A stretch of DNA of 62,878 nucleotides, counting the filler, from Pirum gemmata (lineage: Eukaryota), in assembly GCA_002812295.1 (NCBI GenBank). It is 21 parts of 21 records of this genome, joined end to end, with 100 filler letters (N's around TTAATTAATTAA, not from the genome) between each part and the next. Parts side by side here need not be neighbours in the genome. Positions count along the whole stretch, not along the records: positions 12,026 to 14,885 come from PDIN01004185.1; positions 14,986 to 17,879 come from PDIN01004186.1; positions 17,980 to 20,843 come from PDIN01004187.1; positions 20,944 to 23,859 come from PDIN01004188.1; positions 23,960 to 26,812 come from PDIN01004189.1; 16 more parts are not named here. One strand, 5' to 3'. Below are positions 13,780 to 25,361 of the stretch, in pieces. Made by a program: the position numbers and the translations under genes. The notes beneath the pieces are model-generated. The model saw only the letters and a list, made by a program, of their open reading frames with translations. It was not told where the DNA came from and ran no database searches. The first letter of the stretch is position 1. Each line of letters begins with the position of its first letter.

Positions 13780-14476
13780 AAATATGTAAAAAAGAAACAA
13801 AAATATTAATAGAAATATGCTCCAAGTCTAAACCAAATATAATACCTCAGGCCTAATAGTTGGAATCTACAATTGATCATGACAAACAGTAGTATAAAAC
13901 AAATAGAAGAAAATCCCAAAACAAAAACCTTCAATAATAACAATCTAAACAACCTGTGGAATATAGACCAAATTGAATGGGAAAAGATAAAAAATAGAAG
14001 AATAAATACAAAAAGAATACCGAAAATACTAAAAAGTTACATATGGATACTAATTATAACCCAAAGAAAACCAACAAGACAGTGAACGTCGAAACCCCAA
14101 CCTTTTCAATGTCAATATTGTTCCAAAGAATTTCCACCAGAAGTCAAGCTACACATTTTTGAGCATAGACAAAACTGTAAGACTAGATTAGAATGGATAA
14201 CATACATCAAAAAATATTACATATTAATAACCCACATATAGATGATAACTCCAACAATATCCACAACAACGACTACAACGCTATAATTCTAGGAACAAAG
14301 GTTCAAAACAAATATTTCTACAACAAAAGAACAATACAATTACTCATCATAGACTATAATACTATGGTCTTATTATGAAAAATACAAAAATTCACAACCA
14401 ACTGACAACTAAATCATTAACTTATACTAAAGTATTATGAAACAAATCGACAAAACACAACTTTAATTTAACTATA
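13780..14476 (+). mobile_element. Decayed 3' end of a non-LTR (L1/Tx1-like) retrotransposon
   Basis: One frame reads IEWEKIKNRRINTKRIPKILKSYIWILI...*...FQCQYCSKEFPPEVKLHIFEHRQNC, the zf-RVT-type W..I..K.P...K...W plus CxxC...HIF..C pattern, with stops. A similar 3' tail (ATTATGAAACAAATC...CAACTTTAA..TTAACTATA) recurs at about 51670-51718. Confidence 0.6.
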
Positions 14477-14987
14477 CTGCTCCTCCTTTTTTTATAAAGG
14501 AAAACAGGAACTTTTTTTTTTAAAAAAAAATAAAATTTCTCGTTTGATTAATTTAACATTATGACATAGAAAAAAAAATAGATATGACCATAAATCATTT
14601 ACTAGAAATAGGGAAAAATAGTTTAGATATACAACAAACTGCAAATTTTATTAAAAAATAATACTTTATGGATTTATCAAACCTTTTAAAATGTAATCAA
14701 TCCTACTAAAGAAAAGCATAAAAATGATGATTTGTGTGAACCTTTCACAAACGGCGATATCGATGATCCAAGGTTAAATGTGTTTATATACATGGCTAAC
14801 TGGTTAATTAGTTGGAGATAAAACTGTGCAGAACAAACAGATCAGAAATAGATCAGCGACGTAGAAGATCGAATAATTAATAATANNNNNNNNNNNNNNN
14901 NNNNNNNNNNNNNNNNNNNNNNNNNNNNNTTAATTAATTAANNNNNNNNNNNNNNNNNNNNNNNNNNNNNNNNNNNNNNNNNNNNAC

Positions 14988-17231
14988 ATGAGAGTATTGA
15001 CAAAAGGAACACCAACTACACTAAAAACTTTATCAGCTCTATTTTTAAAGAGATTACTTCATATTAAACATGAACCAGTTATGTGGTCTGGTACTATGAT
15101 TGTTCTTATTGCATTCTTGCTAACTCCAACAATAGTTGGCACCATTGATATATCGAAATTTATTTCAACGGAATTGTCTTTCCATTTTCTTGTAGGAATG
15201 AACGGTTTTCTCACTGTACTTTTACAAAGTTTTGTTGTTGTTATTGCATTATCCTTTGTTCAAGTACCCATAATTGCTGCTTTGGTTATGGAAAAAGAGC
15301 TTCATCATAATATTAAAGAAATGCAATTGTTGATTGGTGTAAAAGTCAAATTATTCTATTTTGCAAATTGGTGTGTTGATCAATTTTATTTTTTAATTTT
15401 TGGGTCATTTGCTATTCTTTGCAGTACTGTATTTTATAGAAACGAAAAACCTACCTGTGTAGACTCTCCTTATGGGAATAAATGTATTGATGGTTATCCT
15501 TTTTATTATTTTGGGTCTCACGATAATGATAATATCACGTTGGAAAGCCCTGCATTGTTAAGTAGTCATTGTATCTTAATTTTTGTATATTGTTTTACTT
15601 TGACCCCTTGGGTTTATGCTAGAGCTGTAAATTGTACAGACCACAGCAAAGCTATTATATCTGCTGTTATTTGGTGCTTTGTATTCGGGGTTGGATTGCC
15701 TTTGCTCTTTTTACTCTTTACCAAACTTAATATAGCTCTTCCTTACTTTATTACTAGTTCAGAACTGTCATCCATTTTAGATATGATTTTTAATATAGTC
15801 CCACAGTATGCTTTGGTCACGGGGTTGGCTTACCCAAAAATGAAATATTTTACCTCAAAGCCTTTCAATGAAGATGGCATGAATTATTTAGACAGAGGCT
15901 GTGATGCAGAATTTGATCACTATTTTCATGATGCTGACGAAAAGGGAGTAATTGGTATTGACTTTTTGTACTGTCGCAGTTGGGAGCAAGATTTGATTTT
16001 TCGTTGTGTTTACATGCTTGTGGTGGGACTTTGTTGTTGGATTTATATACTATGTAAAGAGTACAATATTAATATTTTTGCTGGTTGTTGTGGACGTCAA
16101 CAGAAAAATTGGGCTAGTCACCCTAGTAATATTATGGACCATGAAGATTTACAAAATGAAAATACCAGAATGCTACAACACCAAACAACCACTGATCCTA
16201 ACGATGGCAATGCAGATTCTTTACAGTTAAAAACCTTAAGTAAAGGTTATAACAAAAAAGACAAATTTTCCTTGGAAAGAGTTAATTTTGGAGTGAAAAA
16301 TGGCGAAATATTTGGATACTTAGGGGCCAACGGCGCTGGTAAATCCACAACGCTCAAAATCTTGACTGGTTTACAACCACCAACAAGTGGAGGTGCATTT
16401 GTTAACGGAATCGAAATTGAAGGTCGAAATGTAGTGGAGGCTAGAAAGAACATTAGTTATTGCTCCCAAACTGACAATTTGTTTGCTAAGTTTACAGTTG
16501 AGGAACATTTAAGAATTTTTGCCATGTTCCATGGTTATGAAAATATCGAGGAAACTGTAGATATTAGTATTACGAATTTGCAGTTAGAAAAATATAGAAA
16601 AATTCAAAGTGAACAACTTAGTGGTGGTAATAAGAGAAAGCTTATGACTGCATTGTGTTTATTGAGCTCTTCGAAAGTATTGCTACTTGATGAACCTTCT
16701 TCTGGTATGGATCCTTGCGCACAGCGATTTTTATGGAATACCATAGAAAATGTTCGTACTCGTGGTAACAGTTCTATTGTATTAACTTCTCACAGTTTCC
16801 CAGAAATCCAAGCCTTATGTGATCGAGTCGGGATTTTGGTAGAAGGGAAATTGCGTTGTATAGGCCCTGAGTTTTACGTTTCTTCTAAATATAGCAGGGA
16901 TTATACAGTGATGTTGTCTTTCCCAGTACAGCCTGACTTGGTTACTATTGATGAAAATATGGAGTCAATTACAAGTAACGTTGCTTATGATAATAGTTTG
17001 ATAACTGAATTACAAACTACTTTTGGAGTTGGTAATATTACTGTGTTACCTTTACAAAAAAGTGGATCACTTCAGCTTAAAATTAACAAAATGGTTAAAT
17101 TTTCTACCGTTTTCGGTCAATTGAGAGCCATGAAAGAAGAGGGAAAGATTGATTTGTTTAGTATTATCGATGGCGATTTAGGAGCAACCTTTAGTCAATG
17201 GATTCAAAACGTGGCTGAGGAAAGTTTGTAA
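14988..17231 (+). CDS. ABC transporter subfamily A, C-terminal half (TMD2+NBD2), probably 5'-partial
   Basis: Walker A GANGAGKST, signature LSGGNKRKL, Walker B LLLDEPSSGMDP, LTSHSFPEIQALCDRVGI and the ABCA motif EKE...KEMQLLIGV. The ORF is open from the fragment edge. Confidence 0.93.
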   Translation: MRVLTKGTPTTLKTLSALFLKRLLHIKHEPVMWSGTMIVLIAFLLTPTIVGTIDISKFISTELSFHFLVGMNGFLTVLLQSFVVVIALSFVQVPIIAALVMEKELHHNIKEMQLLIGVKVKLFYFANWCVDQFYFLIFGSFAILCSTVFYRNEKPTCVDSPYGNKCIDGYPFYYFGSHDNDNITLESPALLSSHCILIFVYCFTLTPWVYARAVNCTDHSKAIISAVIWCFVFGVGLPLLFLLFTKLNIALPYFITSSELSSILDMIFNIVPQYALVTGLAYPKMKYFTSKPFNEDGMNYLDRGCDAEFDHYFHDADEKGVIGIDFLYCRSWEQDLIFRCVYMLVVGLCCWIYILCKEYNINIFAGCCGRQQKNWASHPSNIMDHEDLQNENTRMLQHQTTTDPNDGNADSLQLKTLSKGYNKKDKFSLERVNFGVKNGEIFGYLGANGAGKSTTLKILTGLQPPTSGGAFVNGIEIEGRNVVEARKNISYCSQTDNLFAKFTVEEHLRIFAMFHGYENIEETVDISITNLQLEKYRKIQSEQLSGGNKRKLMTALCLLSSSKVLLLDEPSSGMDPCAQRFLWNTIENVRTRGNSSIVLTSHSFPEIQALCDRVGILVEGKLRCIGPEFYVSSKYSRDYTVMLSFPVQPDLVTIDENMESITSNVAYDNSLITELQTTFGVGNITVLPLQKSGSLQLKINKMVKFSTVFGQLRAMKEEGKIDLFSIIDGDLGATFSQWIQNVAEESL

Positions 17232-18459
17232 AAAATGAAAATAAAATAAATAGTTATATTATTATTACTACCACTATTACTATTATTACGTCATTATCCA
17301 TGTAACTAGGTCATTCCATAGATTTATATCAATGACATCATTATGCCGTCATCATTTATCACGTCATCATTCCAATATATAAAAAATATTATGATATAAA
17401 ATTGTACAAAGACTTCAAAGTCCTTGAATTTTGTAGAATAAAGGAGATGGGTGGGATACTGTGGGACATGATTTGCCCTGGATTCTGGAATAAAATTTAA
17501 AGGAATAAGAATAAAAATAAATATTAATAATATTTGATATTTGATATTTATAAAGCAAATGATATTGTACATTTGCAAATAAATAACGAAAACCAAGTTA
17601 TTTATTTTTACAAAACAAATAATTGTTCGTGCTAAGGTCTGCTAGGACTCTTTAGTAATTTCGAACAAGTATTAGTGGTAACGATTAGTCATATTAGTAG
17701 CGGTCGTGTTATCTCTTGTTTTTTATTTATAGAAGTGGTATTCAAAAATATTGATAAAAGGATGAGATTGTAGATAATGTTTTTAGTATAGTGCTTTTCA
17801 GTTGTTTTGTCATCATAAGAAATACAATAAATAGTACCAAATTAATAAAATATACATCCATTTAATTTAATTTGGTATANNNNNNNNNNNNNNNNNNNNN
17901 NNNNNNNNNNNNNNNNNNNNNNNTTAATTAATTAANNNNNNNNNNNNNNNNNNNNNNNNNNNNNNNNNNNNNNNNNNNNTTTTAAATGAATAAATAGATA
18001 ATAAAATATACCAAATTAAATGAAATGGATTTATATAGTATTAATTTGGTACTCTTTATTGTATATTTTATTATGACAAAAAAACTGAAAAGCACGATAC
18101 ATAACTACCTAATAAGCAGTTTCTTGGCAACATTTTTAACGATAAAGACAAAATTATTTAATAAATACAATAAAAAAATTGTTAGTAGAATAATTATGCA
18201 CAAATTTATTACAATAATACAATGCTTAATTAAATAATAAGAACATGTACAAATCATTTTGAGAAGAGTTTAGATCTTTGTCATGGTGTATAATTATACA
18301 TTCATTTATTACAATAATACAATGCTTTTAATGATAACTCGCCGAAGAATTTGGCCCGATCGGGACCATTCTGTTAAGTGACTTAACTTAGTGATTTAAA
18401 CTGCTTAATGCATCATTCAACTTGAATAGGGTTAGGGTTAGGGTTAGGGTTAGGGTTAG

Positions 18460-19029
18460 TGAATTTTTCAAAAGCAATAGTTTCGTTGCCAGGTTGTTTT
18501 GCTAATTCAAAATCATAATCGTCTAATCGCAAGTAGCTTAAGATATCCTCGAACCTATCTCTAGTCATATAAATAATTTATATTATTTCTTAAAACCCGT
18601 CGGTCATATATATTCCAAAGTCGACAGTGAAGGGAAGACTAGACTTAACAGAGGCCCAATAACACCTACGTTCAGGTCTTCTGACAACCAACATCATACA
18701 CCATAACCCAATCCAGCGATAAAACTCACCTAAACTTACAGGTTTGAATTTAGGATCATAATCCTTACCTTCTGCGTTTGTACAAGGAAGAACAACCTCG
18801 TTGATAAAGTCAACAGGGAAAAAATGTTCAAAAAAAGAGAAAATACCCTTTCTATGAAAGTTAGGGAGGTGTAGTTTGGGTTTGTGACTACTAAACTGTG
18901 AATTCTCTTGTTCATCAAACTCCTCATTTTCGTCTTCGTCGAGATTCCAGTCGCAATCACTTCCAGAAGAGTCAGGAATATCACTACTCTCTGTATCAAT
19001 ACCACTCCCGGTGCCCTCATTATGTTTTA
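18460..19029 (-). mobile_element. piggyBac-like transposase remnant (N-terminal part)
   Basis: A minus-strand frame missed by the ORF track: acidic N-terminus, then FFEHFFPVDFINEVVLPCTN...VSLGEFYRWIGLWCMM...YW...FGIYMT[insert]RDRFEDILSYLRLDD, matching the PGBD/DDE_Tnp_1_7 pattern. It ends at a telomeric tract. Confidence 0.8.
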
Positions 19030-20316
19030 TAGTAATATTTTTGATTATATTATATGCCAGCTAATACAACATCAATTATAAAATACCAAATTAATTAAAA
19101 CATGCCCGATAGTTTAACCATAATAATAATTTGGTACTTTTATTTCAATTTTTGAACTGGCCAACATTGATGATAAAATGAACTTTGTACATGTATTTCT
19201 AACTTTGTATTATACTCTTCTCTTTAAAATACTTATTTGCTACGAAATCGATTAATCTTTCGGTCTTACACCCGCAAAGGATTTTTATTAAGCTTTCTTA
19301 GTAAATATTACTTTTAATAATGTTTTTTAATCCATTAGTAATGGGGTGGTCATACATAAAACAGTCATAATAATATTATTATATAAAACTCCAAGGACTT
19401 TTGAAGTCCTTGAAAGTTGAAAACTCATAAAAATAAAAATAAAATCAGTGTCCGAAAACGCTGGCGTCCGATGCATTTTGTTTTGGACAGGGCCGACCCC
19501 GAAAGCAAAGTAGGGTCTATTTCGGTCGGTCGAAACCCCTACTAGCAGCTAGCTAGCTAGAGGTCGAAACCTAAGGTCGAAACACTGTCGAAACTGTCGA
19601 GACTCGAAACCCGGACAAGAAATGTTTCGGACCCAATACTATTTCGGATTGGTTTGATCTTTCAGATTTAGTGGTCGTTTATTGGATAAATACCATATTT
19701 CAATATTATTTATAAAAATAAATAACCAAGGGCTTTGAAGAGGAGACGAACTTTTTTGACCGAGGCACAAAGTAAATGTTGTTCGCCTGTTTCGCCTTAA
19801 CATATTTAGTATTTGTAATTATTTATTTAGTAACTACCTATTTAAGTAGTTACTTTAAAAAGAGTTTATTATACTATTTATAGTAACTTGAGGCAAATTT
19901 NTACCTATTTAAGTAGTTACTTTAAAAAGAGTTTATTATACTATTTATAGTAACTTGAGGCAAATTTCTGGAAGTTCGCCGGTCCGAGCATCCAATTGGT
20001 AAGATGACGTCATCTCATCCCTCCTTCTAGCTAGTTAGCTAGTCTATTGTCTGAGTCTGAAAAAAAAAATTTTATTTTTTAAAAAATGAAGACCTCATCG
20101 TTGGGGTCCTAGTATGTTCTCCTTTTTTTGACTATTTGTTTATGTTCGAAAATTTCAAATCTATTAAATACTTATAATTACATTACATTACTTTTATGTT
20201 CGAAAATTTCAAATCTATTAAATACTTATAATTACATTACATTACTTTTATGTTTGAACATAGAAAATTCTATCATAGTGAAATCCAAAAGTCTAGCTAG
20301 ACGTCCGACAGATACA

Positions 20317-20358
<42 letters not shown>

Positions 20359-21053
20359 GTAATAATAAGCCTCATAAAGTGTCTAAAGTGTAGTGTTTGG
20401 TTAGATTTGTTTTTTTGTTTTTGAGTTTTGAGTTTTGATCGTCATTTTTATTATATATATATTTTATTCAACCAAAAATAATAAAAAATGGCTACATTTT
20501 AGCTATTTAAACAACTATTAAAACCTACCAATTTAAAAAAAATGGCTACATTTTAGCTATTTAAACAACTATAACATTACATTATCATATATTAAAACCT
20601 ACCAATTTAAAAGTAGGAAAGATGTATAATTGGTATGATAAGGGAGCCTTCAAATACTACGTAACGACGCCAATTTCCAGTTAAATACAGCTTCAAGTAC
20701 CCCCTACCTTCCTACATAAATGAAACCAAATTAATATAATATACATCCATTTAATTTAATTTGGTATATTTTATTATATATATATTTATTTAAAAATGTC
20801 AATTTAAAAATTATAACCCTCCAAATAAATATTCAGAGTGGATNNNNNNNNNNNNNNNNNNNNNNNNNNNNNNNNNNNNNNNNNNNNTTAATTAATTAAN
20901 NNNNNNNNNNNNNNNNNNNNNNNNNNNNNNNNNNNNNNNNNNNATTAATGTTGGTTTTTTTTTTTTTGTTATTTTTTCTTTTGTCTTCCTTTTTCGCCCT
21001 CTCGTTGTCATCATTATCAATTATGAATATTGTTCTACTTTACTTGACTACAG

Positions 21054-21236
21054 GAGTTATCTGATTCTCTGAAAACCATTTCGGATTATCTTGGAGAAAC
21101 AAAATCTTTGGCCAAGGCCTTAGGGACTGAAGTAGATAATCAAAATATCCAACTAGATAAAATGAGCGATAAAATGGATTCCACTAATGACCGTATTGCA
21201 GATTCAAATAAGAGAATTGACAAGTTACTTAAGTAA
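21054..21236 (+). CDS. SNAP-25/Sec9-type Qc SNARE motif, terminal exon (partial gene, not in ORF track)
   Basis: After acceptor ctacag: ELSDSLKTISDYLGETKSLAKALGTEVDNQNIQLDKMSDKMDSTNDRIADSNKRIDKLLK*. It has the G.EVD.QN..LD zero-layer Q motif and no TM anchor, as in the second SNARE motif of SNAP-25. Confidence 0.85.
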   Translation, partial: ELSDSLKTISDYLGETKSLAKALGTEVDNQNIQLDKMSDKMDSTNDRIADSNKRIDKLLK

Positions 21237-22706
21237 ACTTTATTCCTCTTTACTCTACTATTATAGATTTATTTGTTCTGAATAACTTTATCTTTGTTCT
21301 GAATCACTCTATTTTCTTTTCTTCTAGGTTTACTTTCAAGAAGCTTTGATTTATTCATTTTAAGTTGTTTTAGTGATAAATTCTTTGTTCTGCTATTTTA
21401 AAAGGGGTTGATCTATAAAAGTAAGAATATTATACCTATATTTCATTATATGTCCTCTGATTTCATCGCTATTATTATTATTCTATATTACCGTAGACCA
21501 AACTGTTCAAAAGTGATATAGCAATAATATATAAAATGTTGTTTATATTAAGACTGATGATATTGTATCAACTGAACACAGAGCTAATTCTTAAGAAAAT
21601 ATTTTGAAAAGTATGGGCAATGAATTTATAGGAATTGATAATATGTTATTTGACTTTATACTGAATAGCTTCCTAGTAGCGATTTCTAAACAAGCGCTTT
21701 TAATAGTAATACACTATATCTTGTATATCATAATTGTGCGGCAATACTTTAAAAAAGATTCAAACTTTGATATGCCATACACTATGATGGAATTTTTGTG
21801 ATAATCATCTAGGAACAGAATAATATTCTAGTATATTATAAAAGGTAGGTAACATTTTCTTCCATCAGGTGGTCTTTCTATATCAGTTATTAGTATCAAT
21901 ATTTAATAAAATGGTGCTTGGCTAGTCAATATTTTGATTGAAGAGGTCCGTGTCGTTATTGAATCATAGTCTATTAGCTGGGTAAAGGGCTCACAACCTT
22001 GGATTAATAACAGTCTCTATCGTCGAAATATTCTTTATGACTTTATCATAGCGAAATATGGTCACTTTTCTCCTTTTCTCCGTATCCTAAAAACCTGAAA
22101 ATGTTATTTTTATTTCGAGCCTTAATTTTTAAATGTTTGAAACTCATCAAATATATACATCATAGTTCCACCAGGTTTTCTGTCGATCATTTTTGTCATT
22201 ATAATTATCATTTTATAGGAGGGGTGTCAGTAGACTCAGTACTAATTAAATACCCCCCCCCCCCAAACCGCACTTGTCAGTTAAATAAGAAAATCCGTCC
22301 TCGTCACCAGAAAGCAGGCAAGACAGGGGTGGAAAAAAGTAAGGCTTCGTCAAAATTACATTGGAAATATGATATCTGGGATACTAATTTTTATTTATAA
22401 CGTATGTATTATATTATTTTTTTTTCGCAAAACAGAGCTACCAACTTGCTATTACTGTTATTATTACTACTAAATATGAAAGAAATTTCCAAATTAGTAT
22501 GGATTTAACAATTTTTATCACTTTGTCACTTAGATTTTGTTACTAGAAATGGAAAAGAATTTTCCAAATTAGTAATATTAAACTTGGATTTATCTCAGAT
22601 TTTTTTTGGATTTTAGTTGGGTCCTACTAATTTATAAAAAGTACTAATCAACTACATAGTGCCCCTCAGTGACATGTATTTTATTTAGACTAGTTCTAGA
22701 CCTATG

Positions 22707-22877
22707 TAGTGCTTTTCAGTTATTTTGTTATCGTAAAATATACAATAAATGGTACCAAATAAATACAATATAAATCCATTTGATATATTTTGGTATATTT
22801 TATTATCTATATATTGATTTAAAGATTATAACCCTCCAAATAAATATTTAGAGTGACAAAATAAATGAAAAGCACGA
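22707..22877 (+). mobile_element. MITE family A copy
   Basis: TIRs TAGTGCTTTTCA / TGAAAAGCACGA; same internal sequence as 52998-53174. Confidence 0.8.
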
Positions 22878-23959
22878 TACAAAAAATAAAATAAAACTAT
22901 AGCTAGTAATAATAATAATATATATATTAATAATAATAATAATAATACACTCAATGGATAAAAATATAAACCAGGTCAATTATACACTAAGTCTTTTAAA
23001 CAGGACCAAATCAAAGATTGAGAAGACAACTGTAATGAAATAGACAATAAAACCTTAGGCTATAAGACTGTCTGTATGATATAATGCTGCATTGATATAG
23101 TGCTTTTCAGTTGTTTTGTCATCATAAATTATGCAATAAATAGTACCAAATCAATATAATATAAATCCATTTAATTTAATTTGGAATATTTTATTATCTA
23201 TATATTGATTTGAAAATGTCAATTTAAATATTATAACCCTCCAAAAGCACGATATCATAGCTATAGACCTAGCTCTTGTATCATGACGTCGAGGGGTAGG
23301 TAGGTAGGGGTATTTGAAGCTGTATTTGACCGGAAATTGGCGTTACGTACTAGCTACTAGGCGTTAGCTAGCTAGCTAGTAGTAAACCAGCTGGCTGGCC
23401 GCTGGTCTAGCTAGTAGTTGCTAGCTAGTCTATCACAGCTGATCACGATAGACTAATAATAAACCTAAGTTCGATTTTGTACATCCAGTTCATCCAGTTG
23501 GGGATTAGCCAGTCCTATTAGCCAATCAAAAGCTTGTTTTATCGGTGATTGACAGTAACTTCAGTTCACCTAAAAGATCCTAAAAGGCTAAAACCCTAAG
23601 TTCCTAACTAAAACCAAATAGGTCTCTAGTCTACTAGCTAGAGAGTCTAGCTAGCTAGCTCTAGTACACTGCTTAGTTAGTTCATATGATAGCAGGTGTG
23701 TGATCGTGTGTCGTCAATTTGTCACTTATTACTAGCTAGCCTAGCTAGCTAGACTAAGTTAGACTAAGACTCTTAGTTAGTAAAACAGTTTCTATGTCAT
23801 ACAAGACTACATACAACTGGCTGGATTGTTCAACGTTTTTTAGCAATTTTTTTTTTTTTNNNNNNNNNNNNNNNNNNNNNNNNNNNNNNNNNNNNNNNNN
23901 NNNTTAATTAATTAANNNNNNNNNNNNNNNNNNNNNNNNNNNNNNNNNNNNNNNNNNNN

Positions 23960-23992
<33 letters not shown>

Positions 23993-24016
23993 TCTTTTCA
24001 TAAAAACAAAACTTAC

Positions 24017-24669
24017 TTTAATCCAATGCTTTGATGATGGTAATCATGATAGACGGCATCGTTACTGAAAATCATTTGCAAAGGACTATACGTAAAATCC
24101 AAATTACAATGGTCAAAAACAGTTTTAGTTGTAGCAAAACAAACAAAGAGAATGCAAGTGTACACGTCTAATTGAGGGATTGTCATTGCCAATGCTCCGC
24201 TTACGGTGTCCAAAAAGAAGCCTTCGACGGGGTGATTGTAAAGGGCTCCTAATGGATACGGACAATATAATCTGTGATGCCAAGAATGAAAGTTATTGTA
24301 TAACCATTTATTCATGTGGGCAGTACGGTGTACCCAGTACTGATAAGTATCAATTATAACCATTGCAGCAAAAAATTTAATCATAGAAATATAAATAGGG
24401 TCAGCAATTTCAGATTTTGGATCAAAAACTCCACTACCATATCCTAAACAAATTTGCAAAGCATGTTGGAAAATAACCCAAGGAACAGCATGATGAAGTT
24501 TTACTTTATTACGCTTATCCTCAACCTCAACAGGATGAACACGATATTTATCAAAAAAAGACAGATTTAAACAAATATGAAGAATAATTCCTACAGTCCA
24601 ATAACAACATATTGGTGAAAGTACAAGTACCCATTCAATATTGGAAATAACTGGTAAAAACTCAAACAT
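24017..24669 (-). CDS. SUR2: Sphinganine C4-hydroxylase-like fatty acid hydroxylase (SUR2 family), first exon, 3'-partial
   Basis: His boxes YWVHRTAH, FHSWHHRLYCPYPLGALYNHPVEG, KTVFDHC and YHDYHHQ. ATG at 24669; donor GTAAGT directly after GLK. Confidence 0.85.
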
Positions 24670-24798
24670 AATTATAGATTTTGTGAACAAAATAGTAAAA
24701 TAATAATTTTTATAAAAAAACTAAAAAAAAACTTGTTTTATAGTATTTCCAATTGTTCACGTGACTCATGTTTTGTTTTTTGAAGAAATCATTTGATT

Positions 24799-24835
<37 letters not shown>

Positions 24836-25330
24836 TAAACATTAAAAATTAAAAAAATAATAAACCAATAGATCAATAAACTTAAAAATAATAATAATAA
24901 TTGGTGGATGGAGAGATCATATTTGACTAATAGAAAAGATTGAAAACTATGTAGACCTCTAAATATGAAAAAGGGACCTGAGTCTGTCCGAACTCTGGTT
25001 TGAGTCGGTAACATCACTATGGTATAATATTATAGATATAAAATATACAATAAATAGTACCAAATTAATACAGTATAAATACATTTCATTTAATTTGGTA
25101 TGTTTTATTATATATTTATTTATTTAAAAGTATCAATTTAAATATTATAAACAACCAAATAAATATTCGGAGTGACAAAATAAATGAAAAGCACAATAGT
25201 TAATTTTAAAATAATAATAATAATAATTTACTAAAACCACTACAGTCCACTACACTAAAAATAATAAATGATATAAATAATTCTATATAACTATTATTAA
25301 AAAATATTACAATACTATTACTATACATCG

Positions 25331-25361
<31 letters not shown>

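Noticed and set aside
19833..19967. Tandem duplication of about 66 bp separated by a single N
   Set aside because: Typical unmerged contig overlap from scaffolding.
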